A stretch of 33,229 nt of DNA from the IMG/VR virus record IMGVR_UViG_3300010361_000025, positions 1 to 33,229 of that record. One strand, written 5' to 3'. Below are positions 15,875 to 24,700 of this stretch, one piece after another. The DNA comes from a virus (taxonomy: Duplodnaviria > Caudoviricetes). The notes beneath the pieces were generated by a model. It was not told the origin of the DNA. It was given only the letters and a program-made list of their open reading frames with translations, and did no database searches. The stretch's first letter is position 1; every line of letters begins with the position of its first letter. Made by a program: the position numbers and the translations under genes.

Positions 15875-17050
15875 GTGCCAACCGACGTTGATCAGAATGC
15901 GGCAGTAACCGAGTACACCGGCGGTGTCGGTCGTCTCGTCAAGGAGCCTTCGGGTCTCCAAGTCTACGACGACATTCCGCTCGTCTTCAATACGTACAAC
16001 CAGTTAGTAGCGTCGGTCGCAACCTACAATCAGATCCCGGAATCATTCGATCTGATTCCGGGCCTGACCGAGACGGCGGGCTGGAAACAACAGGAAGTCG
16101 ATACGGATGGCGGATCCATATCGGAGACGGCGACTGTCCGCGTAGTCGTCGCGAGCGCGGAGACCGGAACAGGCTATGACACGGCTTCTCCTGGTGTAAG
16201 ACCGCTTGTCACGGATTCGAACGGCTCGACTACCGATATAGCTCTGCTCAACGCTAAACCCGTTGTAGTCGATTCGGGCTTGTCGGCGGTCGAATATACA
16301 GCCCAAGCATTTTACGCCTATGACTCGGCTACTGCGGTCGAGGTAGCGAGCGTCCAGGAAGGAATCAACGACTTTAGCGGGCCGGTCACTGAGACCGGGA
16401 TCCTTCATGCTCTGCTCTCGTCTGCGGATACAGCCGTTGGTTCGGAGGTCGCGCAAGGTGGCGACTTCATCGAAGCGTTCGACACGGCGACCGGGATTGA
16501 ATCTGCCGCGATCACTCCCGGTCGTCTGTCGGACGGTGATGCCGGCCAAGCGAGTGAGATCGCCTCAATCACCGTCGCTCTGCTCGTCAGCGATGCCGGC
16601 GTCATAGCCGAGGTCGCCGCGCCAGTCGTTCTGATCACGAGCACCGACTATGGTACAGGGACGGATTCTAGTAGTCCGATCAAGACGAACATCTACGACA
16701 CGGATCTCGGGCGCGCTTCGGACATCGCCTCAACCGCTGCCCGGATCCTCGCCGCCGACGCCGGAACAACTATCGAGATGGCGGTTATGTTCCTCGGATC
16801 GTACGACACGGCGACCTGTCTTGACGCGGCGAGCCTTCTCGCGAGACTCAGCGACGGCGATTATGGATACGCTCGCGAGGATTATGACCGCTATCCGCCC
16901 TATGTACTCTTTACTCCAATCCCGGCCGGAGTTATACTCTCGGTGGCCATGGGAGACATCGTGAACGCTTCGCCGGTTGGACACTACCGCAACCCCTCGA
17001 ACGTGAGGGGCAAGATCATCGGATCTGGCAGAGGGAGGATCTTGCATTGA
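15875..17050 (+). CDS. Acidic repeat-rich structural protein (D-x-G/A-x3-E/D-x-A repeats)
   Basis: About 15 imperfect 16-20 aa repeats, e.g. SADTAVGSEVA, DGDAGQASEIA, STDYGTGTDSS. Confidence 0.7.
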   Translation: MPTDVDQNAAVTEYTGGVGRLVKEPSGLQVYDDIPLVFNTYNQLVASVATYNQIPESFDLIPGLTETAGWKQQEVDTDGGSISETATVRVVVASAETGTGYDTASPGVRPLVTDSNGSTTDIALLNAKPVVVDSGLSAVEYTAQAFYAYDSATAVEVASVQEGINDFSGPVTETGILHALLSSADTAVGSEVAQGGDFIEAFDTATGIESAAITPGRLSDGDAGQASEIASITVALLVSDAGVIAEVAAPVVLITSTDYGTGTDSSSPIKTNIYDTDLGRASDIASTAARILAADAGTTIEMAVMFLGSYDTATCLDAASLLARLSDGDYGYAREDYDRYPPYVLFTPIPAGVILSVAMGDIVNASPVGHYRNPSNVRGKIIGSGRGRILH

Positions 17051-17787
17051 GTACGCCGCCACAGACATACGTCGTCTCGTTTGACGACTATCAGCCGGTG
17101 CCTCGGTTCGATGACATCCCCTGGACGACGGTGATGATCGAAGAGAGTGCATCCGAGGGTGGGCCATGGAATCTCATTGATACCCAACAGTTGACGCCGG
17201 TGGACACGGATCCGGCGAACCCGATGTCTCGTTCGTTCACGACGGACAAGGCGACCATCGAGCACGGATGGTACTTGATCTCGTTTGGCGATGTAAACAA
17301 CAACATCGTCGAGACCGCGCCGACGTACAATGGCATTCCCATCGAATGGACACCGACTCTGCAGGATGTCGGACACGTTGTTCTCTCACGCACTCGTGAT
17401 GACAACGGGAACGTCCTGGGGACATTCACCGACGTCACCCAGCCGACCGACGAGGAATGCCGCGTTCTGATCCAGAAGGCGATTGACGACGTAATGCCGC
17501 TGATCGGGACTGACATACCCGAGGAGCTGATCAGCGAGGCGCAGAACATCGCTTCGATCCGAACTGCGATGTACATCGAGTTGACGTTCTACGCGAACGA
17601 GGTTGCGACCAACCGCTCGGTCTATCCAGAGCTGAAAGCTCTGTTCGATGAGAAGGTCGCTACGCTCGCCAAAGCTGTCGTCGCTATCGAGTCTGGCGAG
17701 AGCATGACCGACGCACTCGCGGGCGCGGGCGGCTCACCCAAGTATGCCTATCCTCCCGACGACGGGATGTACTGGAGACCGTTCTAA
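17047..17787 (+). CDS. Head-tail adaptor (putative) with an extra N-terminal beta domain
   Basis: C-terminal WTPTLQDVG...GTFTDVTQPT..E...LIQKA helical region; position before the Mu gpG-like gene. Confidence 0.6.
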   Translation: MSTPPQTYVVSFDDYQPVPRFDDIPWTTVMIEESASEGGPWNLIDTQQLTPVDTDPANPMSRSFTTDKATIEHGWYLISFGDVNNNIVETAPTYNGIPIEWTPTLQDVGHVVLSRTRDDNGNVLGTFTDVTQPTDEECRVLIQKAIDDVMPLIGTDIPEELISEAQNIASIRTAMYIELTFYANEVATNRSVYPELKALFDEKVATLAKAVVAIESGESMTDALAGAGGSPKYAYPPDDGMYWRPF

Positions 17788-18272
17788 TGCCGATGACTCA
17801 GTTCCTCTCGGTCAAGATATTCGGGGCTGACGAGGTCAACCAGATGCTGCTCAACGGTATGCGAGCCGCGAACAACATGAAGCCAGCTCTGGAGCTAGTC
17901 GCCGACGACCTGATGGAAGTGATCGACATCAACTTCGGTTCCCAGGGTCGGCGTGGCGGCGGATCCTGGAAGCAGCTCGACCCGTATACAGTCGAGCGGA
18001 AACTTCATGAAGGAGAGCTACCGCTCATCCTGATCGCTACTAGCGCGCTCCGAGACTCGATGACGCTGCGCGGCGATCCGAACATGGACTTGCGCGTCAG
18101 TCGAACTGAGGTCAGTTTGGCCAGCAAGTTGCCCTACGCGAATGTCCAGGACAAGGGTGGCGGAAGGAGTGACCTGCCGGCCCGCCCGTTCGCCACCTTC
18201 CTGGACAGCGACGTTCGTCATTGGGCTCGGCTCTGTGAGGATTACCTGATGGGGGCGATGAAGGTCAGATGA
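17787..18272 (+). CDS. Virion morphogenesis/tail completion protein (Mu gpG-like)
   Basis: NFGSQG...WKQL, LIATSALRDS, YANVQDKG and LPARPF motifs. Confidence 0.8.
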   Translation: MPMTQFLSVKIFGADEVNQMLLNGMRAANNMKPALELVADDLMEVIDINFGSQGRRGGGSWKQLDPYTVERKLHEGELPLILIATSALRDSMTLRGDPNMDLRVSRTEVSLASKLPYANVQDKGGGRSDLPARPFATFLDSDVRHWARLCEDYLMGAMKVR

Positions 18273-18895
18273 TCACAGACGACGTATTTGGGCCAATCTT
18301 CGACGGTAGCCTTCTTACGCGCGCCGTCATGGCCACTCTCAAGGCATGGATGCCGACGTACATTCAGGAAATCGAATACCAGCGTGGTTGGGATCGCGGT
18401 GAGATTCCACCGCCGCGCACCTACGCAGAGCGTTGGCGCTTCGACTCATACCCTGACGACAAGATCCCGGCAGTGATTGTCGTCTCGCCGGGTATGACCG
18501 AGCAGCCTCGCAAGGATGGAGATGGTACGGTCAGCGGCTGGTGGGCGCTCGGCGTTGGCGTCATCGCCGCCGCGAGTACGGAGGATAACTCGGAGCGTCT
18601 GGCGAAGGTGTACGGAGCTGCGGTTCGTTCGATTCTCAGTCAGAAGGGGTGGCTAGATGAGAGCTGGGAGTTCAACGGAACCGAGATCCTGGACGAGACG
18701 TACGGCGAGGTTCCAGACATCGAGCAAGCTCGTACGATGCGCTCAGCCCAGGTCATTGCCCGCACCCAGGTTATGGACATGTGGAACCTTCGTGGCGGGC
18801 CTGCCTCGCCAGCCGATCCGGATACGCAGCCTGGGTCGCAGTGGCCTGAGGTCGAAAGTGTCTTCACTACAATCCAACGACTAGAGGAGGAGTGA
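18269..18895 (+). CDS. Tail terminator (putative)
   Basis: Position just before the sheath; size; PAVIVVSPG motif. Confidence 0.55.
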   Translation: MITDDVFGPIFDGSLLTRAVMATLKAWMPTYIQEIEYQRGWDRGEIPPPRTYAERWRFDSYPDDKIPAVIVVSPGMTEQPRKDGDGTVSGWWALGVGVIAAASTEDNSERLAKVYGAAVRSILSQKGWLDESWEFNGTEILDETYGEVPDIEQARTMRSAQVIARTQVMDMWNLRGGPASPADPDTQPGSQWPEVESVFTTIQRLEEE

Positions 18896-19134
18896 TGCCG
18901 CCGACACCTAAGAAGGCGGATACCAAGACGGCAACAACGACGACGTACCGCTACGTCGGCGATCACGCAATCGTCCTGGAGGGCGGGAGACCGCTCGGGC
19001 CTGGAGAGTTCATCGATCTCTCCACCGAGGATCTGTCCCAGGGACTCAACAAGGATCTGCTCGAATCGGGGATGCTGCTCGATACGACCGCACCACCCGA
19101 GACCGAAGCAGCTACACAGGAGGATGAGGCATGA
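18895..19134 (+). CDS. Small pre-sheath protein
   Basis: Coupled on both sides; GAGGAGG RBS. Confidence 0.7.
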   Translation: MPPTPKKADTKTATTTTYRYVGDHAIVLEGGRPLGPGEFIDLSTEDLSQGLNKDLLESGMLLDTTAPPETEAATQEDEA

Positions 19135-20570
19135 GCACCGTTCTCATTCGGCCTGGCGTCAACGTCACTCTTCGTCCCAGTCCGTCAACACTCGGTGCGC
19201 CCACCGATACTGGCGTCTGGTTCGCAGTGGGTCTCGTCGATGCAGGGCCGACTAAGCCAACTCTGATCTCAAGCATGTCCGACTACACCAACAACTTCGG
19301 CCAGCGCCCAAGCTACAGCGTTCTGTACGACGCGCTCGATGTCTACTTCCGCGAGGGCGGCGCGCATGCCTACGTCGTTCGCGTGGTCGGGCCAGGAGCG
19401 GTCACCGCTTCTAAGAACCTTCTTGACGCAGGAGCGGCTGTCTGTCTCGTCGCGTCCGCGCTCGGGCCAGGCGCGAGCGGGAACAACATCTCGGTCGGCG
19501 TGCGAGCCGGTCAAGCTGGAGGGAGCTTCGTCGTCTTCGTCGTGGTCGGCGGTGTCGAGGTCGAGACCAGCCCAGACTTGGCCGATCCGCCAACGGCGAT
19601 TCTTTGGGCGCAGAACTCCGCCAACATCCGGCTCTCTGCAGGGCCGTCAGCAAATGATCCTGCTGTCATCGCCGCCGCCGCGCTCACGGGTGGCAACGAC
19701 GACCGTGGGAACATCACCGACGCTCAGTGGCAGGCGGCGCTCGATTCGATCACGTCCGACTTCGGGCCTGGTCAGGTCAGTTGTCCCGGCCGGACGACAG
19801 ATGTCGGTCATACGCAGCTCGTCACTCATGCCGGCAACCACGCGAGGGTCGCGATCCTCGATGCGCCGGACACGGCGACCGTTGCCACTCTGCTCACCAG
19901 TGCGATCAACGCTCGGGCCGGGATGCAGAAGTTCGCGGCGATGTTCTGGCCGTGGCTGACGGTTCCAGGCGTTGTCTCGGGATCGACCCGCAGCGTGCCT
20001 CCATCCGCTCTGATCGCCGGTCTGATCGGACGCAACGATTCGTCCGGGATGGGGCCGGATCAGGCGGCTGCCGGCGACAACGGCGTCTCGCTCTACACGA
20101 CCGCGCTCTCGCAACCGGCTCTGAGCGATACCGTTCGCCAGCAGCTGAACGGCGGCGGGATCAACGTCGTCCGCTCCATGTTCGGTACGTTCCGGAACTA
20201 CGGCTGGCGGTCGCTCGTGGATCCGGTCGCGGAGCAGACTTGGGTCAACTTCGGCTGCGCTCGGCTCTACATGGCCATCGCTGCCGACGCTCAGGCTCTC
20301 GGTGAGTCGTTCATGTTCGACAAGATCACTTCGACGGCCATCGCGACGTTCAACGGTGTCCTCACCGGGATGCTGCAGGGCTACTACAACAACGGCGATC
20401 TCTACGGTCAGAGCGCGGGCGATGCATTCTTCGTGGACACCGGCTCGACCGTGAACACGCCGACGACCATCGCCAACCACGAGCTGCACGCCGTTCTGAA
20501 CGTCCGGATGAGCGAGTTCGCCGAGATGGTTCAGATCGAGGTCTACAAGAAGCCGATCACGGCTCCATAG
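19131..20570 (+). CDS. Contractile tail sheath protein
   Basis: RPGVNV, YFREGG..AYVVRV, LTGGND, RVAILDAP, FWPWL, VPPSALIAG, LNGGGINVVR, YGWRSL and AEMVQI motifs. Confidence 0.93.
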   Translation: MSTVLIRPGVNVTLRPSPSTLGAPTDTGVWFAVGLVDAGPTKPTLISSMSDYTNNFGQRPSYSVLYDALDVYFREGGAHAYVVRVVGPGAVTASKNLLDAGAAVCLVASALGPGASGNNISVGVRAGQAGGSFVVFVVVGGVEVETSPDLADPPTAILWAQNSANIRLSAGPSANDPAVIAAAALTGGNDDRGNITDAQWQAALDSITSDFGPGQVSCPGRTTDVGHTQLVTHAGNHARVAILDAPDTATVATLLTSAINARAGMQKFAAMFWPWLTVPGVVSGSTRSVPPSALIAGLIGRNDSSGMGPDQAAAGDNGVSLYTTALSQPALSDTVRQQLNGGGINVVRSMFGTFRNYGWRSLVDPVAEQTWVNFGCARLYMAIAADAQALGESFMFDKITSTAIATFNGVLTGMLQGYYNNGDLYGQSAGDAFFVDTGSTVNTPTTIANHELHAVLNVRMSEFAEMVQIEVYKKPITAP

Positions 20571-20584
20571 GAAGGAGGTAACAA

Positions 20585-21055
20585 ATGAGTACCCAAATCA
20601 AGGGAACCCGCCAGGACACATTCCTGGTGAACCTCTCGGTCGAGAACCCTCATGTTCCTGGCCAGATGGTTCAGTGGGGCATCTGGGACACCAAGACCGG
20701 CGGCGATCTCGACTCCGAGGAGAGGCTGTACTACCCAGGTGGCATGCTACCGCCGTACTCGCTCGGTGGCCGGATTCTCCCGCAGCAGGTCACGATCTCG
20801 CGCAACTACCGGATCGCTCGCGATCACTTCCACGTCCAGCAGTTGCTCGACGGCGTAGGAAAGTCGAACGTACAGATCCAGATGTTCCCGATGGACAAGT
20901 ACGGTCAGGAGCATACGCCGGCAATCGTCTGGAACGGAACCCTCAAGACGGTGACCCTTCCGGAGCACAACTCGGAGTCGTCGTCGGATCCGGCGATGAT
21001 CACCCTCGTCTGCACAATCGACTCGGCACCCACGGCGGTCGGAGCGCCGAGCTAA
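20585..21055 (+). CDS. Tail tube protein
   Basis: 156 aa immediately after the sheath; WDTKTGGD...YYPGG...VTISR pattern. Confidence 0.8.
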   Translation: MSTQIKGTRQDTFLVNLSVENPHVPGQMVQWGIWDTKTGGDLDSEERLYYPGGMLPPYSLGGRILPQQVTISRNYRIARDHFHVQQLLDGVGKSNVQIQMFPMDKYGQEHTPAIVWNGTLKTVTLPEHNSESSSDPAMITLVCTIDSAPTAVGAPS

Positions 21056-21064
21056 AGGAGAGCC

Positions 21065-21628
21065 ATGACCGACATCGAAGATGAGGCCCAGCCTCTCGTT
21101 CACGAGATCACGGACGAAGAGACCAAAGGGCCGCAAACCCTCGCTGATTCACTTCGCGCCCGTCGTACGGAGATCGCAGAGACGCATGAGATCATGCTGC
21201 CTCTCACCGGCTATGAGGAGTACGGTGTTCAGGTGAAGCACCGCCTCATGGATCGACAAGAGGTCGAGAAGATCGGCCGCAGGATCATGAGTGAGACTCG
21301 GGATCGCGGTGAACGTAACATGCGCATCCTGATCGACGTGATCATCAGGTCAACCACCGGCTTCTACCTCGAAGACACAGAGACGAAGGAAGTGCAGGAG
21401 ATCCGTAGCGACCTGCACGACGGGATGCACGTCATGACTTGGGGTATGTTCGCGAACTACCTCGGGTGGAATCCAAACGGCGACGAGGACAACTCACGTA
21501 TCGCTCTATACTGGGTGTTCGGCGGTAACGAGTTCATGGTAGGACAGTACGGCATACTCCTCAACCGGTGGATGAGCAACACCGGTCTCAAAGTCGATGA
21601 GGAGTTCTTGGGGGAAGTGCTGGCGTAG
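21065..21628 (+). CDS. Tail assembly chaperone (gpG analogue)
   Basis: Between tube and TMP; ends just after a slippery site. Confidence 0.75.
   Translation: MTDIEDEAQPLVHEITDEETKGPQTLADSLRARRTEIAETHEIMLPLTGYEEYGVQVKHRLMDRQEVEKIGRRIMSETRDRGERNMRILIDVIIRSTTGFYLEDTETKEVQEIRSDLHDGMHVMTWGMFANYLGWNPNGDEDNSRIALYWVFGGNEFMVGQYGILLNRWMSNTGLKVDEEFLGEVLA
21610..21616 (+). other. Programmed -1 ribosomal frameshift site G-GGG-GAA
   Basis: In-frame TTG GGG GAA three codons before the stop; the -1 frame is open to 21825. Confidence 0.75.
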
Positions 21629-21825
21629 TTCCAGATGAGATCAAAGCAGCAGCTCAAATCGCTCTCTCCGGTCAGAATGTCCGAGCGTTCTTGGAGACAA
21701 ATGACCCCGAGGAGAGGGCACTTATGCAGGCCATTGCGACTGAGTACCAAAAGCTGCTGCTCCTTCTCAACGATGACTTGTCAAACAAGATCATCAGTAA
21801 ACTCGCGGAGGCAATGAGGAAGTAA
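21613..21825 (+). CDS. Frameshift extension of the tail chaperone (gpT part of gpGT)
   Basis: The -1 frame reads GSAGVVPDEIKAAAQIALSG...KLAEAMRK* and its TAA overlaps the TMP ATG. Confidence 0.72.
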   Translation, partial: GSAGVVPDEIKAAAQIALSGQNVRAFLETNDPEERALMQAIATEYQKLLLLLNDDLSNKIISKLAEAMRK

Positions 21826-24062
21826 TGGGTTGGGCATCAGCATCGATGGCTGATATCCGGATCGTCCTAACCGGGGCGCAAAAGGCAGTTGCCGGATTGG
21901 AAGCCACTCGTGGTGCAGTCGTCGGGCTCAAGGATTCCGTCCGTACTCTGGGTGTCGTCTCTGATGAGACAAAGAAGCGCGGATTCCTGATGAACCAGGC
22001 GCTGTTCTCGATGCGCCGCTACGCCTACATGGGAACGCTAGCTCTTACAGGCGCAGCGGCAGTCGCGGTCAAGTGGGGCTACGACTTCAACTCCGCGATG
22101 CAGAGCGCGAGCGTCGCTCTGAAGCCGGTCATGCAAGGGACAGGAGCGGTACGTGGCGAGCTGGAGAAGTTGTTCAATATCGCCAAGTATAGCTCGTTCC
22201 AGTTCAAGGATGTGACCATCGGCTTCCGGTCGATGTACCTGGCGATGCAGCCGCTCGGGATCTCGGCCGATACGGTGAACAAGACGATGCAAGCAATGAT
22301 CGACGCGCTCTCCGCGACCGGCCGCACTAGCCCCGCGAATCTCAACCGCGTCTCGGTCGCTCTGCAACATATGGCGTACCAGGGACGGCTGACCGGCTTC
22401 ACCGTCAACCAGCTCGCGCGCGACGGCATCCCGATCTTCGGCGCTCTGTCGAAGGAGCTTGGAGTCACCGGAACGAACCTGCACAATATCTCCAAGCTCG
22501 GGATTCCGGCTCAAGCGGTACTCGACGCGATCAACAAGTACATCGAGACGACGCCTGCGTACATGAACGCAGCTTACCGGCAGGCGCAGACACTACACGG
22601 TGAGCTAACGACGTTGAGGGACAACATCGCTCAGACGATGGGCGCGCTAACGCTCGGCGGTTTCAACAAGACGACGACCGGGATCCTACCGGCGATCAAC
22701 CATATGTTTGATAAGATCAGCGCGATCATTGTCAAACAGAAGGGGCGGATCTCGATTGGCCAAGTCTTCGGGGTGATCGGAACGAGCTTCCCATGGATGA
22801 GACCGTTCATCTCGCTCTTCAATACGATCATCAGCGCTGTCAAAGCTCTCTTCTCGGTCATCAAGAACGACCTGCTCCCCACAATCATCGTTCTCGGAGT
22901 CATCTTCCAGTACAGCGTGTTCCCAGTTCTGAGACTCGTTCTCTGGGGCATCAAGGAACTCTCCAAGGCGAACTATGTACTCGTCCCGATTCTGACGGTA
23001 GTGATTGGTCTCTGGATGGCGGACAAAGCGGTCACTATGGCGGTCGTCGCTGCCAACAGACTGTTGATTATCTCCGAGGCGATCCTCAACATTCTCTTGG
23101 GCAAGGGCAAAGGTCTCATGGCCGGGTATATGGCGACGCAGCTCGCTGGGACGAGGATTCAGGAGTTGTGGGGAATCGCGACTGGCAAATCGGCGCGAGC
23201 TGCGAATGGTCAGTTCCGTGCTCTCACGGCGGTCGAGAAGATGGCCAGAAAGTTGTACAAGACGATCAGAGATCTGCTCATCCCAGCTGAAGAGGAGGAA
23301 GCTGGCGCTGCAACCACGGCATGGGTAGCCTCGCTTGGCCCAATCGCTTGGATCATCGCGGCCATCGTGGCGGTTATCGCGATCCTCGTGATCCTCTACT
23401 TCAAGTGGAAGTGGTTCCACAACCTTGTCAATACGACGTTCCATTGGATCTGGGAGCATTGGATCCTGGTCGCGGCGATACTCACATTCATTGCTCCCAT
23501 CTTCGCAGTTCTGCTCGTCCTGGCCCGTCTCCTCTACAATAACTGGCATAACCTGGGGAAGCTGGTTCTGGGGTTCTGGAACGATATTCTCAAGCCGTTC
23601 GCGAGATGGCTCGATACGGTCTGGAACATGCTTGTTACAGCGTTCGCCGAAGTCTTCGGGATCCTGGGGAACTACTTCAAGCCTGTGTACAACTTCTTCA
23701 AGATGATCTACGACTGGGTGAAGAAAATCATCGACAAGCTGACCGACATGCTCGGATTGTGGAAGAAGATCCCAGGCGCTACCTTCATCGTTGGTCTGGC
23801 CAAGGGCGCGTACCACGTTGCCTCGAACCTCGCGAACGCTCCAGGCGTGCTGAGCCCTTACGACAAGTCTCCTGCCGGGCCACCCAAGCTAATAGCTCCG
23901 GGCGGCGCTCTTACCAGTCCGCTGTACGGTCAAGGTCTCTTCCAGATACCGAAGCTCAACGCCGAGATTCATGTTCATTCCCATATCGACGGAAAGCAAG
24001 TTGCCCATTCGGTTGCGAAGGCTAATCAGAAGGCCAGAGCGAGGAGTACGACGCACGGATGA
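21825..24062 (+). CDS. Tape measure protein (745 aa)
   Basis: Tape_meas-like core (QMAYQGRL...NQLARDGIPI), hydrophobic segments, periodic Trp/Phe C-terminal helices, IDGKQVA end motif. Confidence 0.9.
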   Translation: MGWASASMADIRIVLTGAQKAVAGLEATRGAVVGLKDSVRTLGVVSDETKKRGFLMNQALFSMRRYAYMGTLALTGAAAVAVKWGYDFNSAMQSASVALKPVMQGTGAVRGELEKLFNIAKYSSFQFKDVTIGFRSMYLAMQPLGISADTVNKTMQAMIDALSATGRTSPANLNRVSVALQHMAYQGRLTGFTVNQLARDGIPIFGALSKELGVTGTNLHNISKLGIPAQAVLDAINKYIETTPAYMNAAYRQAQTLHGELTTLRDNIAQTMGALTLGGFNKTTTGILPAINHMFDKISAIIVKQKGRISIGQVFGVIGTSFPWMRPFISLFNTIISAVKALFSVIKNDLLPTIIVLGVIFQYSVFPVLRLVLWGIKELSKANYVLVPILTVVIGLWMADKAVTMAVVAANRLLIISEAILNILLGKGKGLMAGYMATQLAGTRIQELWGIATGKSARAANGQFRALTAVEKMARKLYKTIRDLLIPAEEEEAGAATTAWVASLGPIAWIIAAIVAVIAILVILYFKWKWFHNLVNTTFHWIWEHWILVAAILTFIAPIFAVLLVLARLLYNNWHNLGKLVLGFWNDILKPFARWLDTVWNMLVTAFAEVFGILGNYFKPVYNFFKMIYDWVKKIIDKLTDMLGLWKKIPGATFIVGLAKGAYHVASNLANAPGVLSPYDKSPAGPPKLIAPGGALTSPLYGQGLFQIPKLNAEIHVHSHIDGKQVAHSVAKANQKARARSTTHG

Positions 24063-24700
24063 TAATACCAACCAGGGTACCAGACAAGTATTTCTACACG
24101 TTCCGGTCGAGCGCGGGATCCGTCGTCAAGGTCATGCGCGGAGACAACCCTGCGCAGATCGTCGGCGGTGAAGGCGGATGGAACTTCGTACAGAGACCGC
24201 GCCGGACGAGCCTCACACAGTGGGGTGGCCGCGATCCCTACCAGATGGATGTTCCGATCATCTTCGACGGCTGGCGGTATCAGACGAGCGTAGAGCAGGA
24301 CATTCGTCGTCTACAGATCATGTCGGTCGGATCCGACTTCAATCCGCCGCCGACAGTCAAGATCGACGGCGCGCTACCTATCGGCGGCGCGACCTGGGTC
24401 ATTGCCAGCATTGATTGGGGCACTGAAGTCTTTTGGTCGCAGGCAAACAGAGGTCGATACTTCCGACTGCGCCAGGATGCGATAGTTCATCTCTACGAGT
24501 ACAAGGCGTCCGAGGATCTCAAGATCACGATAACGAACTCGTTGCCGAACACGTACATCGTGCCGAAGGGAAAGACGACGACGTTCAAAGAGATTGCCAA
24601 GGCGATGTACGGTAACGGCTCGCGCTGGAAGGAGATTCAGTCAGCAAACCCGAAGGTTCGTGATCCTAACAAAGTTAGTGGAACGGTGAGGATCCCGTAA
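24059..24700 (+). CDS. LysM-containing tail tube initiator/baseplate protein
   Basis: C-terminal YIVPKG..TFKEIAKAMYGNGSRWKEIQSANP...VRIP LysM pattern; position after the TMP. Confidence 0.82.
   Translation: MIIPTRVPDKYFYTFRSSAGSVVKVMRGDNPAQIVGGEGGWNFVQRPRRTSLTQWGGRDPYQMDVPIIFDGWRYQTSVEQDIRRLQIMSVGSDFNPPPTVKIDGALPIGGATWVIASIDWGTEVFWSQANRGRYFRLRQDAIVHLYEYKASEDLKITITNSLPNTYIVPKGKTTTFKEIAKAMYGNGSRWKEIQSANPKVRDPNKVSGTVRIP

Noticed and set aside
21635-21817. 60-aa ORF-track call between chaperone and TMP
   Set aside because: The -1 frame (21613-21825) fits better: slippery site, helical protein-like sequence and stop overlapping the TMP start.
22686-23816. 376-aa minus-strand ORF within the tape measure gene
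   Set aside because: Shadow ORF opposite a well-supported gene.
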